Source of the DNA: Eubacteriales bacterium
Lineage (GTDB): Bacteria > Bacillota > Clostridia > Oscillospirales > CAG-272
DNA length: 57,772 nt
Direction of reading: 5' to 3'
NCBI GenBank assembly: GCA_045632705.1
Contig: JAZQXE010000086.1
Coordinates: 1 to 57,772, forward strand
Positions within the stretch are counted from its first letter, which is position 1. Every line of letters starts with the position of its first letter. A model generated the notes under the pieces. It was given only the letters and a program-made list of their open reading frames with translations. It was not told the DNA's origin and ran no database searches. Below are positions 46,622-55,745 of this stretch, in pieces. A program made the translations under genes and the position numbers.

Positions 46622-48427
46622 TTATTCGTTTATCGTTTTAGGACTGTCGTTTTCGTCAAATCCCTTTGACTGAACGGTACACAAATGATGGTACTTTCCG
46701 CCCAAAGCCATAAGCTCGTCGTGCGTTCCGTCCTCAACTATGCGTCCGTGCTCAATGAGGAAGATACGGTCGCAGTTTTTGATGGTAGCCAGACGGTGAG
46801 CGATAACGAAGGACGTTCTGCCGAGCAGTAGTCGGTCGATTCCCTCTTTGAGCAGTTTTTCCGTCTTTGCGTCGATAGAGGAGGTAGCCTCGTCAAGAAT
46901 TATGAGGGCGGGATCGCTTATCATAGTTCTTGCAAGAGCTATCAGCTGCTTTTGTCCCTCGGAGAGCGTGCCTCCGCGCTCGCTGACGACCGTCTCGTAG
47001 CCGTCGGGCATACTCTCGATAAATTCATCGGCACATACCGCACGGCACGCCGCGCGTATCTCCTCATCGGTAGCGTCGAGCTTTCCGTATCTGATATTAT
47101 CGGCTATCGTACCCGAGAAAATGAAGCTGTCCTGCATCATAATTCCCATATTGGAGCGCAGGGAGCTGATCGTAATATCCTTGATGCTCCTACCGTCTAT
47201 GAGTATCTCGCCGTCCGTCAAGTCGTAGAAACGGCTGATAAGGTTGACGATAGTCGATTTTCCGCTTCCCGTCTCACCGACAAGCGCTATGCTCTGCCCC
47301 GCCTTTACGTCAAAGCTGACGCGGTCAAGCACTCTTATGTCCTTTTCGTAACAGAAGGACACGTTCTTGAACGTAATATCCCCGCGCATTTTTTCAAGCG
47401 GCAGGGCTTTTTCCGAGTCGGTTATATCGACCTCCTCGTCAAGAAGCTGGAATATTCTCTCAAGGTACGAGAGAGTAGTAAGGAGATTGTTGTAGATATT
47501 CGCCAGGCTGACGACGGGCTGCCAGAAGCGGGAGGCATACGTACCCATAGCGATTATAACGCCGACCTCGGATACGGGAACGAACACTATCGCACCGCAG
47601 ACGTAAACGCAGGAAATTACCCAGCGGCTGAGGTTGTTGGTTATCGGACCGAGGGTGTTGGTCAGATAAAGACGCTTGAACCACCAACGGCGGTATTCGC
47701 GATTGAGGCGCGAATAGATCTTGAGATTCTCCTCCTGACGTGCAAATATCTGGCTGACCTTTACTCCGTTTATATGCTCGCAGGTAAACGCCGTCAAGTT
47801 TGAGTTTTTGTTATTGAATATGAGATTTGCTCTCTTTTGCTTGCCCTTGAGATAGAATATTACACCAAAGAGGATCGGCAGACCACCGAGAATGACGAGA
47901 GCCAGACGCGGTGACATCGCAAACATAAAGATACCGATAAAGATCATATTAAGTAGATCCACTATCGCGGTTATCATACCGTTGGTGAGCATATCGGAGA
48001 CGTTGTTTACGTAGTTTACGACGCGCACGAGTATCTTTCCGTGAGGTCTGGAGTCGTAGTAAGAAAAGGGCAGCTTTTGCAGATGCGAGAAGACGTCGCG
48101 TCTGATATCAAGTATCATGCTCTGACCTATCTTTGACATCATATAGCTCTTTATCGCGTTTATAATAGGTGAGCTTGCCGTCAGAACGATAGATATGATA
48201 CCGAGCTTTATCAATAGCTGCATATCCGAGTTCGGTATTGCCTCGTCCATTGCCATCTGAAGCAACGTGGGGCTGAATAGTCCAAGCACCGCCGCAAGAC
48301 ACGCGAGCAGTAGTACTCCAAACATCCTCGGAGCGTAGGGCTTTACGTAGACGAGCGCACGTCCGAGCTTGGAAAAATCAAAGGAACGGTCGAGCTCTTC
48401 ATCTATATCGTACTTGTTTCTTGCCAT
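46622..48427 (-). CDS. ABC exporter half-transporter (permease/ATPase)
   Basis: Walker A GETGSGKST, signature LSEGQKQ, Walker B IILDEATS. The ATG overlaps the upstream stop (TAATG). Confidence 0.9.
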   Translation of the reverse strand: MARNKYDIDEELDRSFDFSKLGRALVYVKPYAPRMFGVLLLACLAAVLGLFSPTLLQMAMDEAIPNSDMQLLIKLGIISIVLTASSPIINAIKSYMMSKIGQSMILDIRRDVFSHLQKLPFSYYDSRPHGKILVRVVNYVNNVSDMLTNGMITAIVDLLNMIFIGIFMFAMSPRLALVILGGLPILFGVIFYLKGKQKRANLIFNNKNSNLTAFTCEHINGVKVSQIFARQEENLKIYSRLNREYRRWWFKRLYLTNTLGPITNNLSRWVISCVYVCGAIVFVPVSEVGVIIAMGTYASRFWQPVVSLANIYNNLLTTLSYLERIFQLLDEEVDITDSEKALPLEKMRGDITFKNVSFCYEKDIRVLDRVSFDVKAGQSIALVGETGSGKSTIVNLISRFYDLTDGEILIDGRSIKDITISSLRSNMGIMMQDSFIFSGTIADNIRYGKLDATDEEIRAACRAVCADEFIESMPDGYETVVSERGGTLSEGQKQLIALARTMISDPALIILDEATSSIDAKTEKLLKEGIDRLLLGRTSFVIAHRLATIKNCDRIFLIEHGRIVEDGTHDELMALGGKYHHLCTVQSKGFDENDSPKTINE

Positions 48428-50199
48428 TAGCCCTCACCTCCCTCACCGACAAACTCGGGAAGTCCCGTCACGTTCTGAAGCTCACAAAGCTCTCTGTAAT
48501 AGGCGTTGGTACGGGCGAGCGTTTCGTGAGTACCGATACTGAACTTGCCGTTTTCCATAATGAATATCATATCGGCGTCCTTTACGGAGCTGATCCTCTG
48601 CGCTATGATGATCTTCGTACATTCATAGGGTAGGTTTTTGAGTGAATTTTGTATATACGCCTCGGTGTCGGTATCGACAGCAGAGGTCGTATCGTCGAGA
48701 ATAAGAACACTCGGCTCTGCGGCAAGAGCTCTGGCAAGAGCTATTCTCTGCTTTTGTCCTCCGCTGATACCTACGCCGCGCTCACCGATAATGGTGTCGT
48801 AGCCGTTTTCCATTCTCCTGATAAATCCGTCGGCTCCCGCGAGAGTCGCGTATTTCTGCACGTCCTCTTCGGACATATCCGTATTTGCAAAGGCGATATT
48901 TCCGTCAACTGTGTCCGAGAACAGAAATACGTCCTGCGCGGCTATCGCAACGGAGCGGTGTATATCGGCAAGCCGTCTGTTTCTCATATCAACGCCGCCG
49001 AGCTTTATCTCTCCGTCGTTCGGATCGTAGAAGCGCGCAAGCAAGGAGACGAGCGTCGTTTTTCCGCATCCCGTACGTCCCATAACGGCAACCGTCTGTC
49101 CCGAACTTATCTTGAAGCTCACGTCGTCCATTATCTTTTTCTTGCCGTCGTAAGAAAAGCTGACGGAGCAAAATTCTATATCTCCCTTTATCTTTCCGTC
49201 TTCTTTTACTGCGTTGTATCTGTCGCAGATAAGAGGTACGTCCTCCGTTATCTCTACGACCTTTTCAGCTGAAGTAAAGAAGCGCTGCATATCGTTTAAG
49301 AGGTTGGAGACGCTGTTCATGGGAGAAGACAGCGCCCAGGTAAGCGAGTTGAACATTGCAAGCTGACCGAGGGTTATCTCCTCGTTTATGACGAGCATTC
49401 CTCCGACGAGCAGAGTCACGCTTGTGAGTGAGCCCGAGAGAAAGTTGAGCGCGGGGACGACCTTTGACCAAGCGGCAGACGCCGCTACGTGCGCCTCGTA
49501 GTACTCTTTACTGCATTTCTCGAACTTTTCTTTTTCAAATTCTTCTCTGGTAAACGCCTTAACGACGCGATTTCCGTCTATATTTTCGGACGCTGCGATA
49601 TTAAGGTGTGAGAGAGACTCACGGATGCGCTTGTACCTCTTTCTTACCGTTCTTGAATAAATAATAGAGACAGTAAGGATAAGAGGCAGAACGCAAAGCA
49701 TTATGAGCGTCAGCTTTACGCTTACGTTCAAAAGGCAAACTACGGCACTGACGAATATGACTATCGTATCGACTATCTGATAGGTGTCCCATGCGACGAA
49801 ATGGCGAAGATACTCAAGGTCTCCCGTAAGACGCGTGATCATATCGCCCGAGCGCATCTTGTCGAAATATTTGAGATCCTGATGCTGAATGTTTGAGAAT
49901 ATACTGTGACGTATATTCCAAAGCATATCCTGGCTTGCTTTTTCAAGCAAAAGGACTCGCAAAAATTGAACGCAGGAAATGACGAACTGAACAAGACACA
50001 TAGAAAGAACGAGCGGAATTATCAACTCCGTCTCTCCCCCGCGTATGCCTCGGTCAACGACGATACCGAATATCTTCGGATTTACCCACACGAATCCCGC
50101 CGCGGTGGCAGAGATCAAAAGTCCGAGTATGGTTATCGCTCGTCTTCCCTTTAGTTTTTCCCAAACAAAATGCACATAAAACATAAAAAACCTCCGCAT
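48427..50199 (-). CDS. ABC exporter half-transporter (permease/ATPase)
   Basis: Walker A GRTGCGKTT, signature ISGGQKQ, Walker B LILDDTTS. The start codon is uncertain. Confidence 0.9.
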   Translation of the reverse strand: MRRFFMFYVHFVWEKLKGRRAITILGLLISATAAGFVWVNPKIFGIVVDRGIRGGETELIIPLVLSMCLVQFVISCVQFLRVLLLEKASQDMLWNIRHSIFSNIQHQDLKYFDKMRSGDMITRLTGDLEYLRHFVAWDTYQIVDTIVIFVSAVVCLLNVSVKLTLIMLCVLPLILTVSIIYSRTVRKRYKRIRESLSHLNIAASENIDGNRVVKAFTREEFEKEKFEKCSKEYYEAHVAASAAWSKVVPALNFLSGSLTSVTLLVGGMLVINEEITLGQLAMFNSLTWALSSPMNSVSNLLNDMQRFFTSAEKVVEITEDVPLICDRYNAVKEDGKIKGDIEFCSVSFSYDGKKKIMDDVSFKISSGQTVAVMGRTGCGKTTLVSLLARFYDPNDGEIKLGGVDMRNRRLADIHRSVAIAAQDVFLFSDTVDGNIAFANTDMSEEDVQKYATLAGADGFIRRMENGYDTIIGERGVGISGGQKQRIALARALAAEPSVLILDDTTSAVDTDTEAYIQNSLKNLPYECTKIIIAQRISSVKDADMIFIMENGKFSIGTHETLARTNAYYRELCELQNVTGLPEFVGEGGEG

Positions 50200-50384
50200 T
50201 TTCGTCTGTATTCATAATAAAGTCGCAATCACGATCGCATAAACGCCATTTTGGTTTGTGTTATTTTAACAATAAAACCGCAAAATTACAATAGATAACG
50301 GGAATTTTATGAAAATAATTTATTTATAGGTAAATTATTTGGTTTTTGGTAGCGAATGTTTAATTTCCTTGCCATTCTGTTTCT

Positions 50385-50699
50385 TCAAAAAAGAGCCGCC
50401 AAAGTCTGCACGGCACGCTCAGGGCAAAGAAGCTCGTAATGCTCGGCAAGATACCACACGGAGAGTGGCGGTGTATCCGAGAGTGAAAATTCAAGCGCAA
50501 TATTCACCTCGCCTCCGCTCTCGCAAACGACCAGACAAAACTCGCCTCCGTCAGAGGATATATACGCCTCCGAGTCTGCCGCGTAACCGCCACAAGACAA
50601 TATCCGACAAACCTGTAAAAGCGACGCAATATCCGAAAACGAAAAGACGCGCCTTTTCGTTTGTACGCTTCTCATAACATCTAACCTATCCTCACTCAT
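50385..50699 (-). CDS. Hypothetical small acidic protein
   Basis: 104-aa ORF with balanced composition. The overlapping plus-strand ORF is Arg-rich, which is an antisense artefact. Confidence 0.4.
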   Translation of the reverse strand: MSEDRLDVMRSVQTKRRVFSFSDIASLLQVCRILSCGGYAADSEAYISSDGGEFCLVVCESGGEVNIALEFSLSDTPPLSVWYLAEHYELLCPERAVQTLAALF

Positions 50700-50843
50700 A
50701 CAAAATATCCTCCATACCGTTTTTGCGGCATACGAAAAGCCGCGATATTACAGTATAAGCATGCTCCGCGCGCATAGTGAGTGAGAGGGCGCTGAAAAAA
50801 ACGAAAAAGCAAGAGCCGACGACTCTTGCTTTCCATTATTATA

Positions 50844-51914
50844 TTATGACTTGAACACCCATTTCTGCTGAATGGAATAACTGAAAAAGAAAAGTATCGC
50901 GTCAACGGCAAGGCTCGCGAGAGTAAACGCCCAGCTCACCTCTGCAAAAAGTCCCGTCAGGATCCAAACGGCAGTTGAAGAAACGAGAAGCTGAAGCACG
51001 CACAAAACAGCGTATCTTACGCCCTGTTTGCCTGCATCGTTCTTTGCCTTGAACACGAAATTTTTATTCAGCGTAAAATTGAAGAGCGCGGAAACGGCTC
51101 TCGCTATCGCCTTTGCTCCAAAGGCAAAGCTGCTGCCGAAAACGACGTAAAAAAGCAGATTTGCAAGACCCTGGTCTAAAAGCATAGACGCAACGCCCGA
51201 CAAAAAGAACTTGAATACTCCGGCAAAAAGCAGCTTGTATATCTTAAAGGAATCGACGAATGGTCTGAAATGAGACTCGCTGTTGTTGTTGATATATATA
51301 GTTTCTATCGGCTCTTCAACGATATTGTGTGAGCGTCTGACAGCGTATATGAGCATATTCGTTTCGTACTCAAATCTGTCTCCGTCAAGCGTAACGTACT
51401 CGTCGGCAAGCTCGCGGCTGATACCGCGCAGTCCCGTCTGCGTATCGCTTATGTGCTTTCCGTAGAGCAATTTAAAGGTAAAGGTAGTTATCTTGTTTCC
51501 CTTTCTGCTTCTTTCGGGAACGAAATCAAGATCGAAATTACGGCATCCGAGAATAAGCGAGGGCACGCTGACCGAGTCGAGCAGATCGCTGAGCTTTATT
51601 ACGTCACCGACGGAATGTTGACCGTCCGAGTCGGCACAGATAACGCCGCGGTAACCTTCCTCTTCTCCGTATTTTTCATTCGCAAAGGCAAATCCGTCCT
51701 TGAGAGCTCTGCCCTTTCCCATATTTACTTCGTGTACGATAACGTCACACCCAAGCTCGCTCTCAAGCGTTTTGAATATATCCGTCTTTTCGGCTCTGCT
51801 GCCGTCGTTTATGACTATGATACGGCAAAATCCCGCCGCGCGCAGATCCTTTACGTAATCGATAAGCAACACGTCGGGATCAAGCGCGGGAATGAGAACT
51901 GCATTGTAATACAT
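50844..51914 (-). CDS. Glycosyltransferase family 2 fused to a GtrA-like membrane domain
   Basis: Start at ATG 51914 (GGGAGGA 7 nt upstream). N-terminal GT-A fold (IIVINDGS, ADSDGQH) and a C-terminal four-TM GtrA-like segment. Confidence 0.85.
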   Translation of the reverse strand: MYYNAVLIPALDPDVLLIDYVKDLRAAGFCRIIVINDGSRAEKTDIFKTLESELGCDVIVHEVNMGKGRALKDGFAFANEKYGEEEGYRGVICADSDGQHSVGDVIKLSDLLDSVSVPSLILGCRNFDLDFVPERSRKGNKITTFTFKLLYGKHISDTQTGLRGISRELADEYVTLDGDRFEYETNMLIYAVRRSHNIVEEPIETIYINNNSESHFRPFVDSFKIYKLLFAGVFKFFLSGVASMLLDQGLANLLFYVVFGSSFAFGAKAIARAVSALFNFTLNKNFVFKAKNDAGKQGVRYAVLCVLQLLVSSTAVWILTGLFAEVSWAFTLASLAVDAILFFFSYSIQQKWVFKS

Positions 51915-52073
51915 TATCCTATCCTCCCACTCTTTGCGTTTCACTTTCTTTTATTTTATCATCTGCGCATTAATTTTTCAAGTACGGCAAAAAACTTTTT
52001 CACCAAACTACTTTAATTTCACACGACGGTATAGTATAATATCCCTACACAACGCTTTAAAGAGGTAGAACCC

Positions 52074-52739
52074 ATGGAAACGAAGATAAAAGCAGTCATA
52101 TTCGACCTTGACGGCACGTTGCTCGATACTCTGACCGACCTTGCCGCTTCCGTCAACGCCGCTATGATACGCTACGGATATAAAGAACACTCAAAAGAGG
52201 CAATATGCTCGTTTGTCGGAAACGGAGTTGCAAAGCTGATCGAGCGTGCTCTGCCGGGAGGACGTGAATGTGCGGATTTTGACAACGTGCTTGAATATTT
52301 CAAGGCACACTACAAAGAGCACATGTACGACTCTACCGACGCCTACGACGGAATATACGGCACCCTCAAAGCTCTCAAAAAGGAGGGGTATAAGCTCGCC
52401 GTAGTTTCAAACAAATTCGACGCTGCCGTAAAGGAGCTGTGTCAAAGATATTTCTGTGAATACGTAGACGTTGCCATCGGAGAAAACGAAAGTGCGGGAA
52501 TAAAGAAAAAGCCCGCCCCCGATACCGTCAACGCCGCTTTGGAGCTGCTCGGCATTTCAAGTGGCGAAGCTGTCTACGTCGGTGATTCGGACGTGGACGT
52601 GCACACCGCAGAAAATGCGGGAATGGAATGTATCTCGGTGCTATGGGGATTCAGAGATATTGAGTTTCTGAAAGGCGAGGGCGCGCGTCATTTTGCAAAG
52701 ACCACCGACGAGCTTTTCGAGTTGATAGTAAATATGTAG
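52074..52739 (+). CDS. HAD-superfamily phosphatase (phosphoglycolate phosphatase-like)
   Basis: 221 aa. Motif I VIFDLDGTLLDT, motif II VVSNK, motif III/IV K...VGDSDVDVHTAENAG. Confidence 0.85.
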   Translation: METKIKAVIFDLDGTLLDTLTDLAASVNAAMIRYGYKEHSKEAICSFVGNGVAKLIERALPGGRECADFDNVLEYFKAHYKEHMYDSTDAYDGIYGTLKALKKEGYKLAVVSNKFDAAVKELCQRYFCEYVDVAIGENESAGIKKKPAPDTVNAALELLGISSGEAVYVGDSDVDVHTAENAGMECISVLWGFRDIEFLKGEGARHFAKTTDELFELIVNM

Positions 52740-52744
52740 ATCCG

Positions 52745-52838
52745 GACAACCGGTTAAACCGGTGGTTTGCACATCCAAATACGATGCAACAACAGGCTGC
52801 ATCCACAAAGAAACGCCTGACACTTTGATACCGCATTA
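52745..52838 (+). repeat. Left copy of the 94-nt direct repeat
   Basis: GACAACCGGTTAAACCGGTGGTTTGCACATCCAAATACGATGCAACAACAGGCTGCATCCACAAAGAAACGCCTGACACTTTGATACCGCATTA. It begins 5 nt after the HAD stop codon. Confidence 0.9.
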
Positions 52839-52847
52839 CAATTACCG

Positions 52848-52877
52848 GCAGCCGCTCACGTGCGGCTGCTTTTTTTG
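52848..52877 (+). terminator. Intrinsic terminator following the left repeat
   Basis: Arms GCAGCCGC and GCGGCTGC with loop TCACGT, then TTTTTTTG. Confidence 0.8.
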
Positions 52878-52907
52878 TAAATCAATAAAACATATCGTCA
52901 AAACCAC

Positions 52908-52936
52908 TTGACATTTTGGCAAGTGCGCGATATAAT
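52908..52936 (+). promoter_or_regulatory. Consensus sigma-A promoter of the XRE-ImmA operon
   Basis: TTGACA (52908-52913), exactly 17 nt, then TATAAT (52931-52936). It lies 40 nt upstream of the ATG at 52976. Confidence 0.7.
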
Positions 52937-52975
52937 ATAATTGCTATTTATGATGACAGAGAAAGGAAAAAGACC

Positions 52976-53287
52976 ATGGGAAAGGATTTAGGTTTGCGAA
53001 TAACGGAAACGTTGCAAAAAAGAGGAATGACTCAAAAGGAGTTGGCATTGCGTATTGGAGTAACCGAAGCTGTTATCTCGAGATATATATCCGGAGACAG
53101 AGACCCTAAACCTGACGCTTTGGCAAATATCGCAACCGCACTCAATACCACGTCGGATTATTTGCTCGGCATTGAAAATGAAGAGTTTGATCACCCAAGA
53201 ATTCGCCGTATGATTGCAAGAAATGCTTCAAAAATGACGGAAAAAGAAAGAAAAGAACTGATTGACGCATTATTTGGGGAGGAGTAA
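52976..53287 (+). CDS. XRE-family helix-turn-helix transcriptional regulator
   Basis: Start at ATG 52976 (SD AAAGGA). MTQKELALRIGVTEAVISRYISGDRDPKPDALANIATALNTTSDYLLG is a canonical HTH_3 domain. Confidence 0.88.
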   Translation: MGKDLGLRITETLQKRGMTQKELALRIGVTEAVISRYISGDRDPKPDALANIATALNTTSDYLLGIENEEFDHPRIRRMIARNASKMTEKERKELIDALFGEE

Positions 53288-53289
53288 TA

Positions 53290-53841
53290 TTGGGAATTTC
53301 TTTATCACACGCACGATACGAAAAAATCAAACAGATAATCGTTGATCTCTTTGTTCAGTATAATATTCATTGTATTCCTGTCAGTGCATTTGAGGTAGCG
53401 TTGAAAATGGGTATTCCTGTCGTCCCCTACTCAGCAATCCCGGAAAGCAAACGCCATCTTCTTTTCAAGGAAAGCGAAGATGGCTTTGTGATAGAAAAGT
53501 ACGAGGGAGAATGGTATATTTATTATAACGATCAAAAAGAATACGGAAGAATCAACAATACCATTATGCACGAAATCGGACATATTGTTTTAAACCACAG
53601 TGAAGATAGTGAGCTTGCCGAAAAAGAAGTAAAATTCTTCGCCAAGTACGCGCTTGCACCTCCGGTCCTTATCCACAAGCTTGGTCTCAAAAACGCATTT
53701 GAGGTTTACGCGAATTTTGATGTCAGCATTGAAGCGGCAGTCTATGCTTACGACTACTATCAAAAATGGCTGACTTTGGGTAGGAATGAGTATACCGATT
53801 ATGAATTACGATTGCTTCGACTTTTTGACGAGGCAGTATAA
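53290..53841 (+). CDS. ImmA/IrrE-family zinc metallopeptidase (COG2856)
   Basis: TTG start 3 nt after the XRE stop (SD GGGGAGGAG). HExxH motif in IMHEIGHIVLNH. Confidence 0.85.
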   Translation: MGISLSHARYEKIKQIIVDLFVQYNIHCIPVSAFEVALKMGIPVVPYSAIPESKRHLLFKESEDGFVIEKYEGEWYIYYNDQKEYGRINNTIMHEIGHIVLNHSEDSELAEKEVKFFAKYALAPPVLIHKLGLKNAFEVYANFDVSIEAAVYAYDYYQKWLTLGRNEYTDYELRLLRLFDEAV

Positions 53842-53934
53842 TAAATACCGAAAAAGGAGTGATGCCTCATGATCTACCGTAACATCAAGGGTTGCGCCAA
53901 CAACGCTTGATGACTTCAAACAAATACACAGAAG

Positions 53935-53968
53935 GATATGCTAAAGCACGCCACTTAGATGCAAATAT
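53935..53968 (+). repeat. Inner 34-nt direct repeat, copy A
   Basis: GATATGCTAAAGCACGCCACTTAGATGCAAATAT, 32/34 identical to 55746-55779. Confidence 0.8.
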
Positions 53969-54052
53969 GAGTGTTTTAGCCTACCCTTACTTAACTATTG
54001 CCAAAAGGCAAAATCACATTACCTCGTTAAGAGGAGAAAGGTTAAAATACTT

Positions 54053-54724
54053 ATGTCAAAAACAATAATTGACGACGGCTTTAACGCCGAACTCGTTTCA
54101 AATGCGTTCTTTGATGGCATTATGGAGATCCCAATTCTCGAAAAGCCCAAAGAAATCATTATTCCATCCGCACTCATTCCCTTCACGCAAATGAAGCGAA
54201 GTGCAACCAAAACAGAAGCTGTTCATTTTTACGAACACGATAAAAGGTTTTCCGACGTGCTTACTTGCACCAAGGAATTGCTCCCCGAACTCTCAAAGTT
54301 TTCCGCTGTCATATCTCCCGATTGCTCTCTATACCGAGATATGCCGTTGTGCTTGCAAATTGCAAACACGTATATGAACCGAGCAGTAGGACATTATCTG
54401 CAATCCAATGGATTATACGTCATTCCTAACGTTCGCTGGGGAGACGAACGCAGTTTTACGACTACGGAACTTCCGGAAAAATTCGCATTTCTCGGTGTGC
54501 CAAAAAACAGTATTGTTTCCATCGGCACATACGGTTGTATTCAAAGCCGAGAAAACAAGGAGTATTTCCGCAAAGGATTGTCGGCAATGCTTGACGAGCT
54601 TACACCGAAAGTTGTTCTTGTATACGGCGGTATGCCCGAGAGTATTTTCGGAGAATTCAAGAGTAGAACTGAATTTGTCAATTATCCCGACTGGACTTCT
54701 ACGAAAAGAAGGAGGGCGGTATAA
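54053..54724 (+). CDS. DUF4417-like protein (function unknown)
   Basis: 223 aa. SD GAGGAGAAAGG upstream. The family assignment is by recollection of DUF4417-type sequences (FYEHDKRF...ISPDCSLYRDMP...IPNVRWGD) and needs an HMM check. Confidence 0.6.
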   Translation: MSKTIIDDGFNAELVSNAFFDGIMEIPILEKPKEIIIPSALIPFTQMKRSATKTEAVHFYEHDKRFSDVLTCTKELLPELSKFSAVISPDCSLYRDMPLCLQIANTYMNRAVGHYLQSNGLYVIPNVRWGDERSFTTTELPEKFAFLGVPKNSIVSIGTYGCIQSRENKEYFRKGLSAMLDELTPKVVLVYGGMPESIFGEFKSRTEFVNYPDWTSTKRRRAV

Positions 54725-55170
54725 TGGGCTCTGGTATTTCTGGTGGATATTCCAATACAAAAGGAGCATCTTCATCAAGCGAAGCTCTTGTAAAGCAGTT
54801 AGAGCAAAGCGGTGTGAAATTCTCAAAAACGGATATGGTGTTTGTCACCAAGGATAAAACGGGACAAGTTGTATGGCTTGAAAAAGGAAGTTCAAGTGCA
54901 GGACTAAAGCATATTCTTGATGGTGATGGAAAGACGCCGGGACACGCTGAGGATTTCCAACGTGCTTTTGGGATTTCTCGATCAGAAATTCCTGCACATA
55001 TCGAAAAAGTTATCACAAACGGTACGGTGGTTAATAACCAACTAAAGCCGGTAAGAAACCGAATGGGGTATGAAAGAACATATTATTATAACGGAGAGTA
55101 TTATGTCGTTACCGGAATAGGTTCCAACGGATACATCGTTTCTGCTTACCCTAAGCGTATGCGCAAATAA
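54724..55170 (+). CDS. Small toxin-like protein with a Gly/Ser-rich N-terminus (family unassigned)
   Basis: 148 aa. The ATG overlaps the DUF4417 stop (TAATG). N-terminal MGSGISGGYSNTKGASSSS linker-like segment, then GLKHILDGDGKTPGHAEDF...YYVVTGIGSNGYIVSAYP, which is reminiscent of polymorphic-toxin C-terminal domains. Confidence 0.5.
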   Translation: MGSGISGGYSNTKGASSSSEALVKQLEQSGVKFSKTDMVFVTKDKTGQVVWLEKGSSSAGLKHILDGDGKTPGHAEDFQRAFGISRSEIPAHIEKVITNGTVVNNQLKPVRNRMGYERTYYYNGEYYVVTGIGSNGYIVSAYPKRMRK

Positions 55171-55182
55171 GGAGGATTTAAA

Positions 55183-55503
55183 ATGATTAAAATAAAAATT
55201 ATGACCGAATTTCTTCACAGCCCGATTTGGACTTACGAGGATGGCATTGTTACAGATGACCTTACATTAGTATCAGAAGACAAAGAATTGCAAGCGTTAA
55301 GTGAAAAAATCGAAGCTATGTTTTCGAGTTATTATGAATTTGACTCGCATGACCAAGCGTGCTGGTTTAATTCCGAACAAGAAAAAGCAGACAAAGAGAT
55401 TATGCTTGATTTAATCACTCAGCTTATCTCTCGCCTGAACGAGATCAACGATGGCTCATTTGTAATTGAGGATTTAGAAACAGAACGATTAAAGCAATTA
55501 TAA
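55183..55503 (+). CDS. Small acidic protein, immunity/antitoxin-like
   Basis: 106 aa. SD AAGGAGGA. It begins 12 nt after the toxin-like ORF and is visibly rich in Asp and Glu. Confidence 0.5.
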   Translation: MIKIKIMTEFLHSPIWTYEDGIVTDDLTLVSEDKELQALSEKIEAMFSSYYEFDSHDQACWFNSEQEKADKEIMLDLITQLISRLNEINDGSFVIEDLETERLKQL

Positions 55504-55514
55504 AAAGAACTCAT

Positions 55515-55703
55515 ATGAAAGAATTAGATGTAGTGCGAATGGTTCAAGAGTTCAAAGGGTTGCCGATATGCACATAAGGAATCATCGTCCACAAATACGA
55601 CGATTCAATGTATGAAGTTGAGTTTTTTAGCAAAGACGGAAATACACTTGATGTAATCACCACACCCAAAAGTATAATCGAACTCTCCAAATCATACAAA
55701 TAA
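55515..55703 (+). pseudogene. DUF4926-like gene interrupted by an in-frame TAA
   Basis: Translation is MKELDVVRMVQEFKGLPICT*GIIVHKYDDSMYEVEFFSKDGNTLDVITTPKSIIELSKSYK. A single stop at 55575-55577 splits an otherwise contiguous small beta-rich domain. Confidence 0.6.
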
Positions 55704-55708
55704 AAAAA

Positions 55709-55740
55709 CACCAAGAAACTACGCCAATAGCTTCTTGGTG
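55709..55740. terminator. Hairpin after the DUF4926 remnant
   Basis: Arms CACCAAGAA and TTCTTGGTG. The A-run lies on the plus-strand 5' side, so it looks like a terminator mainly on the minus strand. Confidence 0.35.
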
Positions 55741-55745
55741 CCCGT

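Noticed and set aside
50339-50677. A plus-strand 112-aa ORF overlapping the 50385-50699 minus-strand ORF.
   Set aside because: It is extremely Arg/Lys/Pro-rich and looks like antisense noise. The minus-strand ORF has a more protein-like composition, although it too is only low confidence.
52651-52836. Two minus-strand ORFs (52651-52836 and 55781-55987) share the N-terminus MRYQSVRRFFVDAACCCIVFGC, which suggests a duplicated small gene.
   Set aside because: The shared part is simply the reverse translation of the 94-nt direct repeat. The similarity is at the nucleotide level and stops exactly at the repeat edge. There is no SD, and the sequences diverge into unrelated low-complexity tails.
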